Shown here in pieces: positions 63,446 to 64,000 of a DNA stretch of 64,000 nucleotides; position 1 is the first letter of the stretch; every line of letters starts with the position of its first letter. Below the pieces are notes generated by a model. It was not told the origin of the DNA, did no database searches, and saw only the letters and a list, made by a program, of their open reading frames with translations. Made by a program: the position numbers and the translations under genes. Source of the stretch: Planctomycetota bacterium (lineage in GTDB: Bacteria > Planctomycetota > UBA1135 > UBA2386); the NCBI GenBank assembly GCA_046290465.1, contig JBKAGP010000001.1:6112001-6176000 (forward strand), read 5' to 3'.

Positions 63446-64000
63446 ATGCTCCTTCGCACGCTCACCGTCTCCGCGCTGACCACGCTGGTCGCCGCCCAGT
63501 CCGTCCCGCTGCAACCCCGCTCGGTCGCCGACGCGCTGCCGGCCTCCACCTACGCCGCGGTGCGGTTCGGTGGCCTCGACGCCTGTCGCGAGGCGGTCGG
63601 CCAGCTGCCGATGACCGCGCTGGTCGAGTCGTTCTTCGGGGAGCTGCCGGCCGAGCTGCGCGACCAGGTCCTCGAGGACGGCCTCGCCGACGCCGCCGAC
63701 GAGCTGCGCCAGCACCTGCAGGAAGCGGGCATCAAGCCGGCCGAGCTGCGCGCGGTGCTGAGCCAGCCGATGGCCGTCGCGGTCGGCCGCCTGTCGATCG
63801 AGGGCATGGGACCGTCGCTGTGCCTGCTGGTCGAAGAAGGCAACCGCCGTCAGGCGATCAACAACACCATGCGCGCGGTCGGCCGGCTGCTGCCGCGCCT
63901 CGGCGCCAACGTCGAGCTCGGTCGCGACGAGATCGCCGGCCACAAGCTCTACCGCCTGCAGATCGAGGACGGCCCGCCGGTGTTCGCGGGCTGGCTCGGC
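63446..64000 (+). CDS. Secreted hypothetical protein, truncated by the window end (not in ORF track)
   Basis: Open from ATG 63446 to the end: MLLRTLTVSALTTLVAA|QSVPLQPRSVADALPASTYAAVRF...; strong GC3 bias. Confidence 0.8.
   Translation, partial: MLLRTLTVSALTTLVAAQSVPLQPRSVADALPASTYAAVRFGGLDACREAVGQLPMTALVESFFGELPAELRDQVLEDGLADAADELRQHLQEAGIKPAELRAVLSQPMAVAVGRLSIEGMGPSLCLLVEEGNRRQAINNTMRAVGRLLPRLGANVELGRDEIAGHKLYRLQIEDGPPVFAGWLG

Overview
High-GC bacterial chromosome segment. It is most likely from an uncultured Planctomycetota lineage (inference: RpoA starts MRIRWR, L30 is absent, and the secreted proteins are planctomycete-like). Bases 1-14.5 kb hold the S10-spc-alpha ribosomal superoperon, which lacks rplC (L3), rpmD (L30) and map and carries a divergent IF-1. 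The rest mixes housekeeping genes (dnaE, argF', tadA, two tRNA-Ser, ffs, alr, dnaX, ybaB, recR, hrpB, rpoN, truA) with many secreted or accessory genes. There is no integrase, transposase, cas gene or CRISPR array. The strongest unexplained signals concern the envelope. (1) All 12 predicted SPase I substrates expose Gln at +1, like the Bacteroidota Q-rule. (2) Four unrelated secreted proteins end in a shared ~110-140 aa C-terminal domain, and one gene encodes only signal peptide plus this domain, so it is a candidate lineage-specific sorting or anchoring tag. (3) A Bacteroides-type serine palmitoyltransferase sits head-to-head with a CerR-like reductase, suggesting sphingolipid synthesis. In addition, tandem repeats (periods 15-82 bp) sit at or overlap gene 3' ends throughout the window. 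All family assignments come from motifs read by eye; no database search was run.
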